Part shown: piece by piece, positions 24,832-33,934 of the stretch
Numbering within the stretch: position 1 is the stretch's first letter
Layout of the letters: each line of letters opens with the position of its first letter
Source: an uncultured Mariniphaga sp.
GTDB lineage: Bacteria > Bacteroidota > Bacteroidia > Bacteroidales > Prolixibacteraceae
Direction: 5' to 3'
DNA: 33,934 nucleotides
NCBI GenBank assembly: GCA_964559175.1
Contig: CAZLGT010000015.1
Coordinates: 48,660 to 82,593 of the forward strand
Program-made: the position numbers and the translations under genes
Notes under the pieces: model-generated
What the model was told of the DNA's origin: nothing
The model's database searches: none
Seen by the model: only the letters and a program-made list of their open reading frames with translations

Positions 24832-26985
24832 TTATTCCACAATCCGCATTTCATCGATAAGGTGGGTAGCGCCGGCATATTTGTCGATTACCCACAGCAC
24901 AAACCGGATGTCCACATTGATGCAGCGTTGCAGATCGGGTTCGAATGCAATATCGCTGCTCATGGCTTCCCAGTTGCCATCGAAAGCAACGCCAATCAGT
25001 TCGCCATTGGCGTTAATCACGGGACTGCCCGAGTTTCCCCCGGTAATGTCGTTGTTGGTAATGAAGCAGGCCACCAGTTCGCCATTGTCGTTGGCATAGC
25101 GGCCAAAATCGCGGGCATGAAGAAGTTCCTTCATCCGCCCGGGAACATGGAATTCATCATCGCCCGGAATTTCTTTTTCCAGGTAACCGTCGGTGGTGGT
25201 GTAATACTTGTAAACAACCCCGTCGCGCGGCTCATAATCGAGCACCTGCCCGTAGGTGAGGCGCATGGTGGAATTGGCATCGGGGTAGAAGTTTTTATCC
25301 TGCTGCATTTCCATTAACCCGGCCACAAACAGCCTGTTTCCCACGTCGAGTAATTCGCTTTTTTCTCCGGCCAAATCGTTCAGCTCCCTGAATTTTTCAA
25401 AAATGTCGCTCGCAGCCTGAAAAGCCATATCTTTTTCAAGGGCTTTCAGTTTCGGGTTCCCGAGGAAATCCATTAGCTCTTCCTTGTCGTCGAAAACCGA
25501 GCGTTTAAACATTCTTTCGGTGTAACGGTCGAAATCGCCTTTGTACCGCCGCTGCACTTCCTGAAAAAAGGCGGGGTGGTATTTGGGATCTACATTGTCG
25601 GCATATAGTTTCATCAGTTCAGCAGCTACTTTCCGGTCGGTTTCGGCGTGGTAATCTTTATAAAAATCATCGATGCCATCGGTGATTCTCGATTTGGCCA
25701 TTTCAAGAAATTCGGGATTGAAATCCTTGTCGCCCAATAACCGGTACATAGGCAAAGCACGGTAGGCAAACATGAAAATTTCCGGTCCGCGAACCATGGC
25801 TTCGGCCATGTATTCCTGGGCTCTGTTGGCCTCTGTGTTGTTGTAAAATCCGGCAATGTCATCCAGCACATTTCCGTATTTTTCACTTCGTTCGCTGCTG
25901 GCATTCACCCAACGGGTAAACTCTTCTTCCAGGTTTTTCTTTTTTTCAATGATGTTCAGGTTTTCGAGTCCTCTGTTTTGTCCAATGCTGTATTTGTAGT
26001 AGTTTGAACTGCGTGCATGCTTCGATGCATACTGAATGCGAGCTTTCTGTCCGCTGGCCATGTAGTCGTCAATGATGCGCAGTTTTTCCTCGCGAACTTC
26101 CACACGCACAGGGTTGGTAACATCCATGGTATATTGAACACCATGGGAAGTTTTGTACCGGTTGGTGCCTCCGGGATAACCCATCACCATGGCAAAATCG
26201 CCTTCGTTTATTCCCCGTAGAGAAATGGGCAGGAAGTAGTTGGGTTGGTAAGGAATATTGTCTTCCGAATAATCGGCAGGTTTGCCATCGGGACCGCTAT
26301 ACACACGGAACAGCATAAAATCGGCAGTATGGCGGGGCCACATCCAGTTGTCGGTATCGCCTCCGAATTTTCCCAGCGCATTTGGCGGTGTTCCTACCAT
26401 TCTGATGTCTCTGAAAGTTTCAGCAACAAAGAGATGGTATTGATTCGAGTTGAAAAAGTTGCGTACATAGGTCTCGTAGTGGGTATCGCCTTTGGCTTCA
26501 CTTTCAAGTTCCCTTATGGTGCTGAATGTTTTTCTTCTTCGCTCTTCTTCGCTCATATCGTCGGTAACTTCGGCCAGCACTTTATCGGTCACATCCTCAA
26601 TCCGAATCAGAAAAGTAACCGATTTGCCCGGGTTGGGCAGTTCTTCTTCATAGCTGTTTGCCCAGAATCCGTATTGAAGGTAATCGTTTTCAACACTGGA
26701 ATGGCTTTGTATTTCACCGTATCCGCAATGATGATTGGTAAGTAAAAGTCCGTTTCCTGAAATTAACTCAGCGGTGCACGATCCGCGGTCGAGGGCAACT
26801 ACAGCGTCTTTCAGACTGGAGTTATTAATACTGTATATATCTTCGGCGCTTAACTGAAGACCCATTTGCTGCATTTCCGTAATGTTCAGTTTGTGAATTA
26901 ACGAGGGCAGCCACATCCCTTCATCTGCTACTGCCTTCCCCAGAAAAATTATGGTTGCAAGCAGTACTAAACTCAATCTTCTCAT
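24832..26985 (-). CDS. S46-family dipeptidyl-peptidase (DPP7/DPP11-like) with a signal peptide.
   Basis: 717 aa. N-terminal signal, then DEGMWLP. The catalytic-His region is GLLLTNHHCGY and the catalytic-Ser region is GGNSGSPVIN. Confidence 0.9.
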   Translation of the reverse strand: MRRLSLVLLATIIFLGKAVADEGMWLPSLIHKLNITEMQQMGLQLSAEDIYSINNSSLKDAVVALDRGSCTAELISGNGLLLTNHHCGYGEIQSHSSVENDYLQYGFWANSYEEELPNPGKSVTFLIRIEDVTDKVLAEVTDDMSEEERRRKTFSTIRELESEAKGDTHYETYVRNFFNSNQYHLFVAETFRDIRMVGTPPNALGKFGGDTDNWMWPRHTADFMLFRVYSGPDGKPADYSEDNIPYQPNYFLPISLRGINEGDFAMVMGYPGGTNRYKTSHGVQYTMDVTNPVRVEVREEKLRIIDDYMASGQKARIQYASKHARSSNYYKYSIGQNRGLENLNIIEKKKNLEEEFTRWVNASSERSEKYGNVLDDIAGFYNNTEANRAQEYMAEAMVRGPEIFMFAYRALPMYRLLGDKDFNPEFLEMAKSRITDGIDDFYKDYHAETDRKVAAELMKLYADNVDPKYHPAFFQEVQRRYKGDFDRYTERMFKRSVFDDKEELMDFLGNPKLKALEKDMAFQAASDIFEKFRELNDLAGEKSELLDVGNRLFVAGLMEMQQDKNFYPDANSTMRLTYGQVLDYEPRDGVVYKYYTTTDGYLEKEIPGDDEFHVPGRMKELLHARDFGRYANDNGELVACFITNNDITGGNSGSPVINANGELIGVAFDGNWEAMSSDIAFEPDLQRCINVDIRFVLWVIDKYAGATHLIDEMRIVE

Positions 26986-27018
26986 GTTATTTATTCAATT
27001 TAAAATTTTAAGAAACTG

Positions 27019-27026
27019 CAAATATA
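27019..27026 (-). promoter_or_regulatory. Candidate Bacteroidota -7 element (TATATTTG on the minus strand) for the S46 peptidase gene.
   Basis: Matches TAnnTTTG, about 27 nt upstream of the ATG at 26985. Motif only. Confidence 0.3.
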
Positions 27027-27121
27027 ATATTTCAGTTTTTCTGGTTTGTGATTTAAATCTGCATTTGGGCAAAAGTTGGTTAAAAAAGTCTAAACTCCGT
27101 GTTGGTTTGTCAATTCTTGCT

Positions 27122-27129
27122 AAATTTGT
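27122..27129 (+). promoter_or_regulatory. Candidate -7 element TAAATTTG for the M23 peptidase gene.
   Basis: Matches TAnnTTTG, 21 nt upstream of the GTG start at 27150. Confidence 0.3.
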
Positions 27130-27149
27130 AGCTCTCAAATAAAAGCAGG

Positions 27150-28004
27150 GTGAAAGTGAAGAAGAAGCTGTTTAAGAAACTTAGCGACCGCTACCGTTTA
27201 ATCATATACAACGATACTACCTTTCAGTCGGTGTGGAGCATGAAGCTTACCCGCCTGAAGGTTTTTACCGTTACCAGCCTTTTGTCGGCTGTAATCGTAA
27301 TTCTGGTGATTTTACTTATTGCCACTACCGGATTGCGTGAATACATTCCCGGTTATCCCAAGGCCGAATACCGGCAGTTGCTGGTTCAAACCGCGCTGAA
27401 AATCGACTCGCTGGAAAACGAACTTTACAAGCGCGACCAGTTTTTCTATGGCATCCAGTCCATTATCTCGGGTGAGGTTCCTGAAGACAATCTTGTTGTT
27501 GAGTCGTCGGTTGAGCCCAGTGCCGTTGAATTTGAAGAATTTAATCACGATTCTGTTTTTCAGGATAAATTGCTGGCCGAGCAAACCAGTTTGTCGATGG
27601 GTGGTTCATCGGGGAGCCGGAGGTTGAGTTTGAGTCAGATTCATTTTTTTGTACCGGTAAAAGGTGTGGTTACCAACAGTTTTAACGCAGCAGCTGATCA
27701 TTTTGGAGTTGATTTGGTGAGCGAGCCCAATGCCCGGATATCGTCGGTTATGAATGGCACGGTAATTTTTGCCGGATGGACGGTTGAAACCGGCTATGTG
27801 ATTTACATACAGCACGATACCGACCTTGTGTCGGCATACAAACACAACTCGCAACTACTGAAAAGCAAAGGCGACAGGGTTCAGGCGGGCGAGGCTGTAG
27901 CCATAATCGGAAATACAGGTACACTTTCAACCGGGCCTCATCTTCATTTTGAACTGTGGCATAACGGCAGTCCTCTCGACCCGGAACAATACATCGATTT
28001 TTAA
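27150..28004 (+). CDS. M23-family peptidoglycan metalloendopeptidase with an N-terminal membrane anchor.
   Basis: C-terminal M23 motifs: HFGVDL, GNTGTLSTGPHLHFEL and YIQHD. A transmembrane segment follows a short cytoplasmic N-terminus. The start is a GTG, the first start codon after the in-frame stop at 27129. Confidence 0.8.
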   Translation: MKVKKKLFKKLSDRYRLIIYNDTTFQSVWSMKLTRLKVFTVTSLLSAVIVILVILLIATTGLREYIPGYPKAEYRQLLVQTALKIDSLENELYKRDQFFYGIQSIISGEVPEDNLVVESSVEPSAVEFEEFNHDSVFQDKLLAEQTSLSMGGSSGSRRLSLSQIHFFVPVKGVVTNSFNAAADHFGVDLVSEPNARISSVMNGTVIFAGWTVETGYVIYIQHDTDLVSAYKHNSQLLKSKGDRVQAGEAVAIIGNTGTLSTGPHLHFELWHNGSPLDPEQYIDF

Positions 28005-28008
28005 AAGA

Positions 28009-29169
28009 ATGAGAAAACGAATTGCAATTCTTGGTTCAACCGGATCAATCGGGACACAGTCGCTGGAAGTGATTGAAAGAAATCCGGAGATGTTTGAGGT
28101 GGAAGTGCTTACAGCCAACAACAATGTGGAATTGCTGATTGCCCAGGCAAAAAAATACCAGCCCAACGCCGTTGTAATTGCCAACAGCGATAAATACAAA
28201 ACCGTTTCGGAAGCACTGAAAAACGAACCGGTAAAAGTTTTTGCCGGTAATGACTCCCTGAACCAGGTGGTGCAGATGGAAACCATCGACCTGGTAATTA
28301 CCGCTATGGTTGGTTATTCGGGGTTAATTCCCACATGGCACGCGGTTAAAGCCGGAAAAAACATTGCGCTGGCCAACAAGGAGACTTTGGTGGTTGCCGG
28401 AGAAATTATTACCGGACTGGCCAAAGAAAAGCAGGTGAATATTCTGCCCGTTGACTCCGAACATTCAGCCATTTTTCAGTGCATCATCGGGGAGGTTTAC
28501 AACCCGGTTGAAAAAATTTTTCTTACCTGCTCGGGTGGCCCTTTCAGGGGAAAAACAAAAGAAGAGCTGAAAAAAGTAACGGTGGCAAATGCTTTGGCAC
28601 ATCCCAACTGGGATATGGGTGCAAAAATTACCATCGATTCGGCAACCCTTATGAACAAAGGTTTTGAAGCCATCGAGGCACACTGGCTTTTCGGACTTCC
28701 GTCCTCAAAAATAGAAGTGGTTGTTCACCCGCAGTCCATCATTCATTCCATGGTGCAATTCGAAGACGGTTCCATAAAAGCACAGCTTGGCCTGCCCGAT
28801 ATGCGACTGCCCATTCAGTATGCACTCGGTTTTCCGTACCGCATAAAAAATAATTTTCCGCGGTTTAATTTTCTGGATTATCCAACCCTGCACTTTGAAA
28901 AGCCGGATACAAAAAATTTTCGTAATCTTGCACTCGCTTTTGAAGCATTGGATGCAGGAGGAAATGTACCCTGCGTGTTGAATGCAGCAAACGAAATTGT
29001 GGTTCAGGCATTTCTCGAAGAAAAAATTGAATTTATGCAAATGCCCGAAATCATAGAAGAAACCATGAAAAGAATCAGTTTTGTGCAAAAACCGGGTATG
29101 GATGACCTGATTCAAACCAATGACGAAACAAGAAGAGTGGCAAAATTGTTAACAGAGAACAAAATTTAA
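28009..29169 (+). CDS. dxr: 1-deoxy-D-xylulose-5-phosphate reductoisomerase.
   Basis: N-terminal Rossmann motif ILGSTGSIGTQSL, plus ANKE and the strongly conserved LAHPNWDMG... block. I prefer the ATG at 28009 (MRKRIAILGSTGSIG) to the track start at 27949. Confidence 0.92.
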   Translation: MRKRIAILGSTGSIGTQSLEVIERNPEMFEVEVLTANNNVELLIAQAKKYQPNAVVIANSDKYKTVSEALKNEPVKVFAGNDSLNQVVQMETIDLVITAMVGYSGLIPTWHAVKAGKNIALANKETLVVAGEIITGLAKEKQVNILPVDSEHSAIFQCIIGEVYNPVEKIFLTCSGGPFRGKTKEELKKVTVANALAHPNWDMGAKITIDSATLMNKGFEAIEAHWLFGLPSSKIEVVVHPQSIIHSMVQFEDGSIKAQLGLPDMRLPIQYALGFPYRIKNNFPRFNFLDYPTLHFEKPDTKNFRNLALAFEALDAGGNVPCVLNAANEIVVQAFLEEKIEFMQMPEIIEETMKRISFVQKPGMDDLIQTNDETRRVAKLLTENKI

Positions 29170-29185
29170 GAGGAAAAATTATTAG

Positions 29186-30523
29186 ATGGAAACTATATTG
29201 ATTAAAGCGGCCCAGCTTATTTTGAGTCTTTCAATACTTGTGGTTTTACATGAGTTCGGGCATTTTATGTTTGCGCGCCTGTTTAAAACAAGAGTCGAAA
29301 AGTTTTATCTGTTTTTCGACCCCTGGTTTTCGCTGTTTAAAGTGAAAAAAGGCGAAACCGAATACGGCGTTGGCTGGCTGCCGCTGGGCGGATACGTGAA
29401 AATTTCGGGAATGATTGATGAGTCGATGGACAAAGAGGCCATGAAACAACCGCCAAAACCCTGGGAATTCAGGGCAAAACCGGCATGGCAAAGGTTGCTG
29501 ATAATGTTGGGGGGTGTTATGATGAACTTCCTTTTTGCAATGGTAATTTACATCGGGGTGCTGTATGCCTGGGGTGAAACCTATTTGCCCACCGATAATG
29601 TAACGTACGGTATTGAAGTGACCGAAGTTGGGAAAGAAATTGGTTTTCAAAACGGAGATAAAATCATTTCGGTAGATGGAAAACATGTTGAAAATTTTCT
29701 GAAAATTGTGCCCACCATTGTGCTCGACGGGGCAAAAACTGTCCAGGTAAACCGTAACGGGCAGGTTGTTGACGTTGAAATAGACGATGCCGATTTGGCA
29801 CTGCTTCTGAAAAGCCGGGAGGTGATGTCCTGGCGCAAACCGTTTGATATTCATGTAGGAAGCGTAGTGGAAGATTCCCCGGCCGAACAGGCTGGCCTGC
29901 AGAAGGGTGACGTTTTTGTGAGTATCGATGGAAACCGCTTTGAGTTTTACGACCAATTTTCCGAATACCTCGATTCCAGAAAAAATGAGACGGTTAACCT
30001 TGTTCTTCTGCGTAACGGCACACAAATACAACAGCAGGTGAACGTTTCGGAAGACGGGAAGCTGGGTTTTTATCCGGTTTTCAATAACCCGGATATTTTA
30101 GAACTGGCTACGATAAATTACGGATTGGTTGAGTCCATTCCGGCCGGGATAAGCCGCGGAGTTGAAACCACCAAAGATTACCTGAAACAATTTAAGCTGT
30201 TTTTCAGGCCCGAAACCAAAGCCTACGAATCACTTGGCGGATTTGCCACTATCGGAAATATTTTTCCGGCCACCTGGGATTGGTTTTCATTCTGGAATAT
30301 GACCGCTTTTATTTCCATTATTCTGGCCATAATGAATTTGTTGCCCATTCCTGCGCTCGACGGCGGTCATGTCATGTTCCTCGGTTTTGAAATGATTAGC
30401 GGACGCAAACCCGGCGAAAAATTTCTGGAGTATGCACAAATTGCCGGAATGGTGCTGTTGCTGGCTTTGGTGCTTTTTGCCAATGCCAATGATATAATAA
30501 AAATGATTAACGGAACATTTTAA
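29186..30523 (+). CDS. rseP: RIP zinc metalloprotease RseP (site-2 protease) with a PDZ domain.
   Basis: HEFGHF zinc motif in transmembrane helix 1, PDZ region (VVEDSPAEQAGLQKGD), and the C-terminal LLPIPALDGGH motif. The dxr-rseP adjacency is common. Confidence 0.92.
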   Translation: METILIKAAQLILSLSILVVLHEFGHFMFARLFKTRVEKFYLFFDPWFSLFKVKKGETEYGVGWLPLGGYVKISGMIDESMDKEAMKQPPKPWEFRAKPAWQRLLIMLGGVMMNFLFAMVIYIGVLYAWGETYLPTDNVTYGIEVTEVGKEIGFQNGDKIISVDGKHVENFLKIVPTIVLDGAKTVQVNRNGQVVDVEIDDADLALLLKSREVMSWRKPFDIHVGSVVEDSPAEQAGLQKGDVFVSIDGNRFEFYDQFSEYLDSRKNETVNLVLLRNGTQIQQQVNVSEDGKLGFYPVFNNPDILELATINYGLVESIPAGISRGVETTKDYLKQFKLFFRPETKAYESLGGFATIGNIFPATWDWFSFWNMTAFISIILAIMNLLPIPALDGGHVMFLGFEMISGRKPGEKFLEYAQIAGMVLLLALVLFANANDIIKMINGTF

Positions 30524-30535
30524 GTAAAAAAATTC

Positions 30536-30543
30536 TATTTTTG
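30536..30543 (+). promoter_or_regulatory. Candidate -7 element TATTTTTG for tatA.
   Basis: Matches TAnnTTTG, about 25 nt upstream of the tatA ATG. Confidence 0.35.
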
Positions 30544-30568
30544 CATCAAACCATTTTAACATTACGTC

Positions 30569-30772
30569 ATGAATTTATTTGTAGTAGCAGGATTTATCGG
30601 ACCACAGGAAATAATTATCATTTTAATTATTGTACTTCTTCTTTTCGGAGGTCGCAAAATTCCTGAATTGATGAAAGGCCTTGGCAAAGGAATGAAGGAG
30701 TTTAAAAAGGCCACCAAAGAGGGAGACGACGAAGACGAACAGGCCGAACCCGGAAAAATTGAAAAAAAATAA
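30569..30772 (+). CDS. tatA: Twin-arginine translocase subunit TatA/E.
   Basis: 67 aa. N-terminal transmembrane helix, amphipathic helix ([23 protein letters not shown]) and an acidic tail. Confidence 0.9.
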   Translation: MNLFVVAGFIGPQEIIIILIIVLLLFGGRKIPELMKGLGKGMKEFKKATKEGDDEDEQAEPGKIEKK

Positions 30773-30829
30773 AACGGGATATGGTGGAAAAATCCCGTTG
30801 TTGCAAAAGCAGCAGCGGGATTTTTTTTG
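30773..30829 (+). terminator. Tandem hairpins ending in a U8 run. The intrinsic terminator of tatA.
   Basis: AACGGGAT...ATCCCGTT at 30773-30799. Then CCCGTTGTTGC-AAAA-GCAGCAGCGGG at 30794-30819 with G-U wobbles, followed by TTTTTTTT at 30821-30828. Confidence 0.75.
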
Positions 30830-30900
30830 TTTCCATATTTTAATTCGCACACTGTCAGTATGGTAAGGTTTTTGTAGTACCTTTTGGCAAATCAAAAAAA

Positions 30901-31968
30901 ATGATAAAAATGAAACTGAAGACAATACACCGGATTTTTTCTTTGATCATCTTGTCAGCACTCATATCGTGCCAGGGTGGCGAAAGCACCGGGTTATCGA
31001 AAAATGTTACCGGAAAAGCAGGTGAGCTGGTAGTGGTAATCACTGATGAGGCATGGGACGGAAGCCCCGGTAAACTCATTCGTCAGACACTGGCGCAGGA
31101 ACACCTTGCTTTGCCGCAGGACGAGCCCATGTTCGATCTGGTGAGGGTGCCGCACGAAGGATTCAGAAGCATTTTTAAAACCACCCGCAACATTGTTCAA
31201 ACCCGTATTTCATCCAATGTTGATTCCATCGGAATAATGTTCCAGGACAATGTTTGGGCCAGCCCGCAGGCAACCGTTATAATTCAGGCTAAAAATGAAG
31301 TTGAGTTTGAAAAGCTTTTCAATGAAAACAGAAACCGGATTATGGCTTATTTTCTGAGGGCGGAGAGAAATCGGCTGACAACGAACTATGAGCGTTATTA
31401 CGAGCGGGGTATTTTTAATGTGCTTGACCAGGACTTTGACATTACTATGAAGATTGCTCCGGGCTTTCAAATTGCAGAGCAAAAGGAAGATTTCATCTGG
31501 TTACGGTACGAAACCCCTGAAATTTCCCAGGGAATTATTATCTATACTTTTCCTTATGTATCTGACAGCGCCTTTACGATCGATTATCAGCTGAAAGTGA
31601 GAGACAGTATTCTGAAAGCCCATGTGCCGGGACCAACACCCGGAAGCTATATGGCTACCGAAAAAAGAATTGACCAGGTGAATAATTTTGGAAGACACAA
31701 CGGAAACTATATGTCGGAGATGCGTGGGCTGTGGCGTGTGATAAACGATTTTATGGGCGGTCCATACATTTCGCTGGCCCAGCTCGATGCTGCCAATCAG
31801 CGCGTGATTGTAGCCTACGGATACGTTTTTGCGCCAAGCAAAGACAAGCGTAACCTGCTGCGCCAGGTAGAAGCCATGATTTATACCCTTAAACTAAATA
31901 ACCAGGAAGAAAACGACAAGCTTAATCAGCAGGAGATTGGTGTGGATATTCTGCCGGAAAGCATATAA
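30901..31968 (+). CDS. Lipoprotein of unknown function, possibly DUF4837-like.
   Basis: Signal peptide plus lipobox (LSALISCQGG). 355 aa. The family assignment is from memory and tentative. Confidence 0.55.
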   Translation: MIKMKLKTIHRIFSLIILSALISCQGGESTGLSKNVTGKAGELVVVITDEAWDGSPGKLIRQTLAQEHLALPQDEPMFDLVRVPHEGFRSIFKTTRNIVQTRISSNVDSIGIMFQDNVWASPQATVIIQAKNEVEFEKLFNENRNRIMAYFLRAERNRLTTNYERYYERGIFNVLDQDFDITMKIAPGFQIAEQKEDFIWLRYETPEISQGIIIYTFPYVSDSAFTIDYQLKVRDSILKAHVPGPTPGSYMATEKRIDQVNNFGRHNGNYMSEMRGLWRVINDFMGGPYISLAQLDAANQRVIVAYGYVFAPSKDKRNLLRQVEAMIYTLKLNNQEENDKLNQQEIGVDILPESI

Positions 31969-32922
31969 TCAAAACACCGATTTTACAATTTCTTTTACAT
32001 TGTCCGAAATTCCGTAGGTATAAATGTGCAGCGAAGGAGCGTTGTTTGCCAACAGGTCTTTCGACTGGTAAATAGCCCATTCTGTGCCCACTCTCCGTGC
32101 ATCTTCGTTGTTTTTGCATTTGGCCAGTTCGGTTGAAAGTTCCTGTGGTAAATCGATGCTGAAAATTTTCGGCAATACCGTAAGCTGGTTTTTCATATTT
32201 ATGGGCTTTATTCCCGGAATAATGGGCACGGTAATCCCAATTTCCCTGCACCTTTTCACAAAATCGTAATACACCCTGTTGTCGAAAAACATTTGTGTTA
32301 CAATATATTCGGCCCCGGCATCCACCTTTTGTTTCAGGTAGAATAAATCCTGCTCTATGTTGGGTGCCTCAAAATGTTTTTCGGGGTATCCGGCCACTCC
32401 AATACAAAAATCGAGCGGCGTGTTGTTTTTCAGGTCTTCTTCCAGGTAAATCCCGTTTTTCAGATTTACAATCTGTTCTGCCAACTCATTGGCGTTGGCG
32501 TGTCCGTTCTTCTCGGGTAAAAAAACATGCTGGTTCTTAATGCCGTCACCGCGAAGGGCCAAAACATTTTCGATGCCCAGAAAATGCAAATCGATAAGCA
32601 CATGTTCGGTTTCACTTTTGGTAAATCCGCCACATAAAATGTGGGGAACCACCGGAATGCCATACCGGTGCTGAATGGAAGCCGCAATGGCAACCGTTCC
32701 CGGACGTTTTCGTACGGTGCGTTTTACTATGGAACCGTCGGGCATTTCCCTGAACTCCACTTCATCGCGGTGTGTGGTAATGTTGATGTACTTCGGGTCG
32801 AAATCCACCAAACTTTCAATGGTTTTGTAAATGCGTGTGGGTTCGTTTCCTTTTAATGGTGGAAGCAATTCAAAAGAAAAAACCGTTTTTTTCGAATGGT
32901 TAATGATGTCGATAACTTTCAT
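31969..32922 (-). CDS. metF: 5,10-methylenetetrahydrofolate reductase.
   Basis: N-terminus FSFELLPPLKG and overall MTHFR-like TIM-barrel sequence. I prefer the ATG at 32922 (MKVIDIINHSKK) to the track start at 32946. Confidence 0.85.
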   Translation of the reverse strand: MKVIDIINHSKKTVFSFELLPPLKGNEPTRIYKTIESLVDFDPKYINITTHRDEVEFREMPDGSIVKRTVRKRPGTVAIAASIQHRYGIPVVPHILCGGFTKSETEHVLIDLHFLGIENVLALRGDGIKNQHVFLPEKNGHANANELAEQIVNLKNGIYLEEDLKNNTPLDFCIGVAGYPEKHFEAPNIEQDLFYLKQKVDAGAEYIVTQMFFDNRVYYDFVKRCREIGITVPIIPGIKPINMKNQLTVLPKIFSIDLPQELSTELAKCKNNEDARRVGTEWAIYQSKDLLANNAPSLHIYTYGISDNVKEIVKSVF

Positions 32923-32943
32923 CTTTGCTGGATTATTTCCGCG

Positions 32944-32951
32944 CAAAATTA
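32944..32951 (-). promoter_or_regulatory. Candidate -7 element (TAATTTTG on the minus strand) for metF.
   Basis: Matches TAnnTTTG, about 21 nt upstream of the metF ATG. The leader is AT-rich. Confidence 0.3.
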
Positions 32952-33026
32952 ATAAAACGAAACTTTTGAGACGAAAAAAAATGATTCTGTAAAAAAATAT
33001 ACAAAAAGATCACAATTATGAATTAC

Positions 33027-33509
33027 TCAATAAGATTTATCTCTCCGCATCGCATTCCTCGATGCTCTGTCAACCAGGGTAAAAAGCCTGTGGATTTCAT
33101 CTTTGTGCCTGGTGGGCTGATGCCCCTGAACTTTAAACAGTTTGATATTCAGAATATCTGTAATGCTGAAAAACTCCCTGTATAAATCGTGATTGGAAAT
33201 GCGCTTGTTTTTTGCGGAGTAATAATTTTTTGTCTCCAAACCCGCCCGTCTTTGCATCAATCCGATAATGGTCTGGGAATCGGTATAAATAAACACCTCA
33301 CTTTCTGCTGTTGTAATATCGTTTAATGCCCAAAGTAATGTTTGCAATTCCAGTCTGGATGAAGTAGTATTTACAAATCGCTTTATTTTTACATTTTTTT
33401 TGAGCATTTCCGGTGAAAGTACGGGCTCCGATACAATGAGAAAGGCACCATAACCGGTTTTGGATTGAGCATCCATGCTGCCATCGACAAACATTAGTAT
33501 CTTATTCAT
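33027..33509 (-). CDS. Stand-alone RNase H-like protein with a type-1 fold, of the archaeal or RT-like kind. It is distinct from rnhA.
   Basis: 160 aa. The RNase H catalytic residues sit in the contexts MFVDGS...GYGAF, SRLELQTLLWAL, IYTDSQ, KVQGHQ and LVDRASR. Confidence 0.7.
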   Translation of the reverse strand: MNKILMFVDGSMDAQSKTGYGAFLIVSEPVLSPEMLKKNVKIKRFVNTTSSRLELQTLLWALNDITTAESEVFIYTDSQTIIGLMQRRAGLETKNYYSAKNKRISNHDLYREFFSITDILNIKLFKVQGHQPTRHKDEIHRLFTLVDRASRNAMRRDKSY

Positions 33510-33538
33510 GTTGCAAAATTAAAAAAAGTCATAGAGTT

Positions 33539-33934
33539 TTGGCTTTGGCTATAATATACGGAGACAAAGCCGATGTTGGGAAACCGGTTGATGTTGTATT
33601 ATGGAATGAAAAGAGCCAGAAAAGCACTTTGCTTTCCGGAGAAGAAATCCAATTCAATATCGATCAAATTAAAGGTGCAATTACAAATCCTGTTGTATTC
33701 AAACTGACAGGTTTAAGCACTTCTGTAATTGATGTAAATGAAGGAGAAAACTTCGCTGTTTATCCAAATCCGTTCTCAACCCATGCTTACATCCGGTATT
33801 TCATTTTAAAGCCATCCGATGTCAGCCCGATAATTTCCAACGCAGTGGGAACAGAAAAAGAGGAAAGGTTGTCCGAAATGTATCTGGCAACCTTTTTTTT
33901 AAATCAGGTTGCGATAATACAAAAAGCCGCTGAT
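33539..33934 (+). pseudogene. Orphan T9SS C-terminal sorting-domain ORF with no ATG start. It continues past the window end and is probably a truncated remnant.
   Basis: The frame is open from 33536 to the end of the window and translates to ...GENFAVYPNPFSTHAYIRYFILKPSDVSPIISNAVG... This is the classic Por-secretion CTD signature. There is no in-frame ATG; only TTG codons at 33539 and 33545. Only about 70 aa precede the CTD. Confidence 0.4.

Noticed and set aside
32923-33026. A SAM (S-box) riboswitch in the metF leader.
   Set aside because: The intergenic leader is only about 100 nt, AT-rich, and lacks S-box conserved blocks. It contains a plausible TAATTTTG -7 promoter element instead.
1-33934. 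CRISPR arrays, transposase or IS elements, integrase or phage genes, rRNA and tRNA genes.
   Set aside because: None were found on either strand. The only mobility signature is the 34-bp duplication around the COG1373 ATPase, reported separately.

Overview
This looks like a chromosomal segment from a Bacteroidota genome. The signs are -7 promoter elements of the TAnnTTTG type, a T9SS C-terminal sorting-domain fragment, an S46 peptidase and a complete Alternative Complex III operon. Apart from a short stretch near the centre and the convergent pairs at the two ends, nearly all genes between about 180 and 21.3 kb are on the minus strand; the right third of the window is mixed.

Genes identified, left to right:
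- A 3' gene fragment and a DUF2200-like gene.
- Two small secreted or lipoprotein genes, each preceded by a copy of a ~64-bp repeat.
- cysK, preceded by a Cys-codon mini-ORF and a strong intrinsic terminator.
- An ABC-2 permease/ATPase pair, divergent from a TonB-dependent receptor.
- A COG1373 (AAA + DUF4143) ATPase sitting inside a 34-bp perfect direct duplication, between the receptor and a nfeD-flotillin pair.
- The ACIII operon, actA-actB-actC-actD-actF-like-actE-like.
- An AI-2E transporter, a Wzx-like flippase, an AlkD-like repair protein, a HAD hydrolase, rnhA, an S46 dipeptidyl peptidase and an M23 peptidase.
- dxr, rseP, tatA, a DUF4837-like lipoprotein, metF, a second stand-alone RNase H-like gene, and an orphan T9SS-CTD ORF running off the window end.

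I found no CRISPR array, rRNA, tRNA or transposase.

The most interesting non-coding signals are:
- A candidate cysteine-sensing leader-peptide attenuator in front of cysK.
- The 34-bp direct repeats flanking the ATPase insertion.
- Two GC-rich structured intergenic segments of unknown identity.
- A paired ~64-bp repeat upstream of the two secreted-protein genes.

All calls rest on reading the sequence and recognising motifs by eye. No database search or folding program was run.
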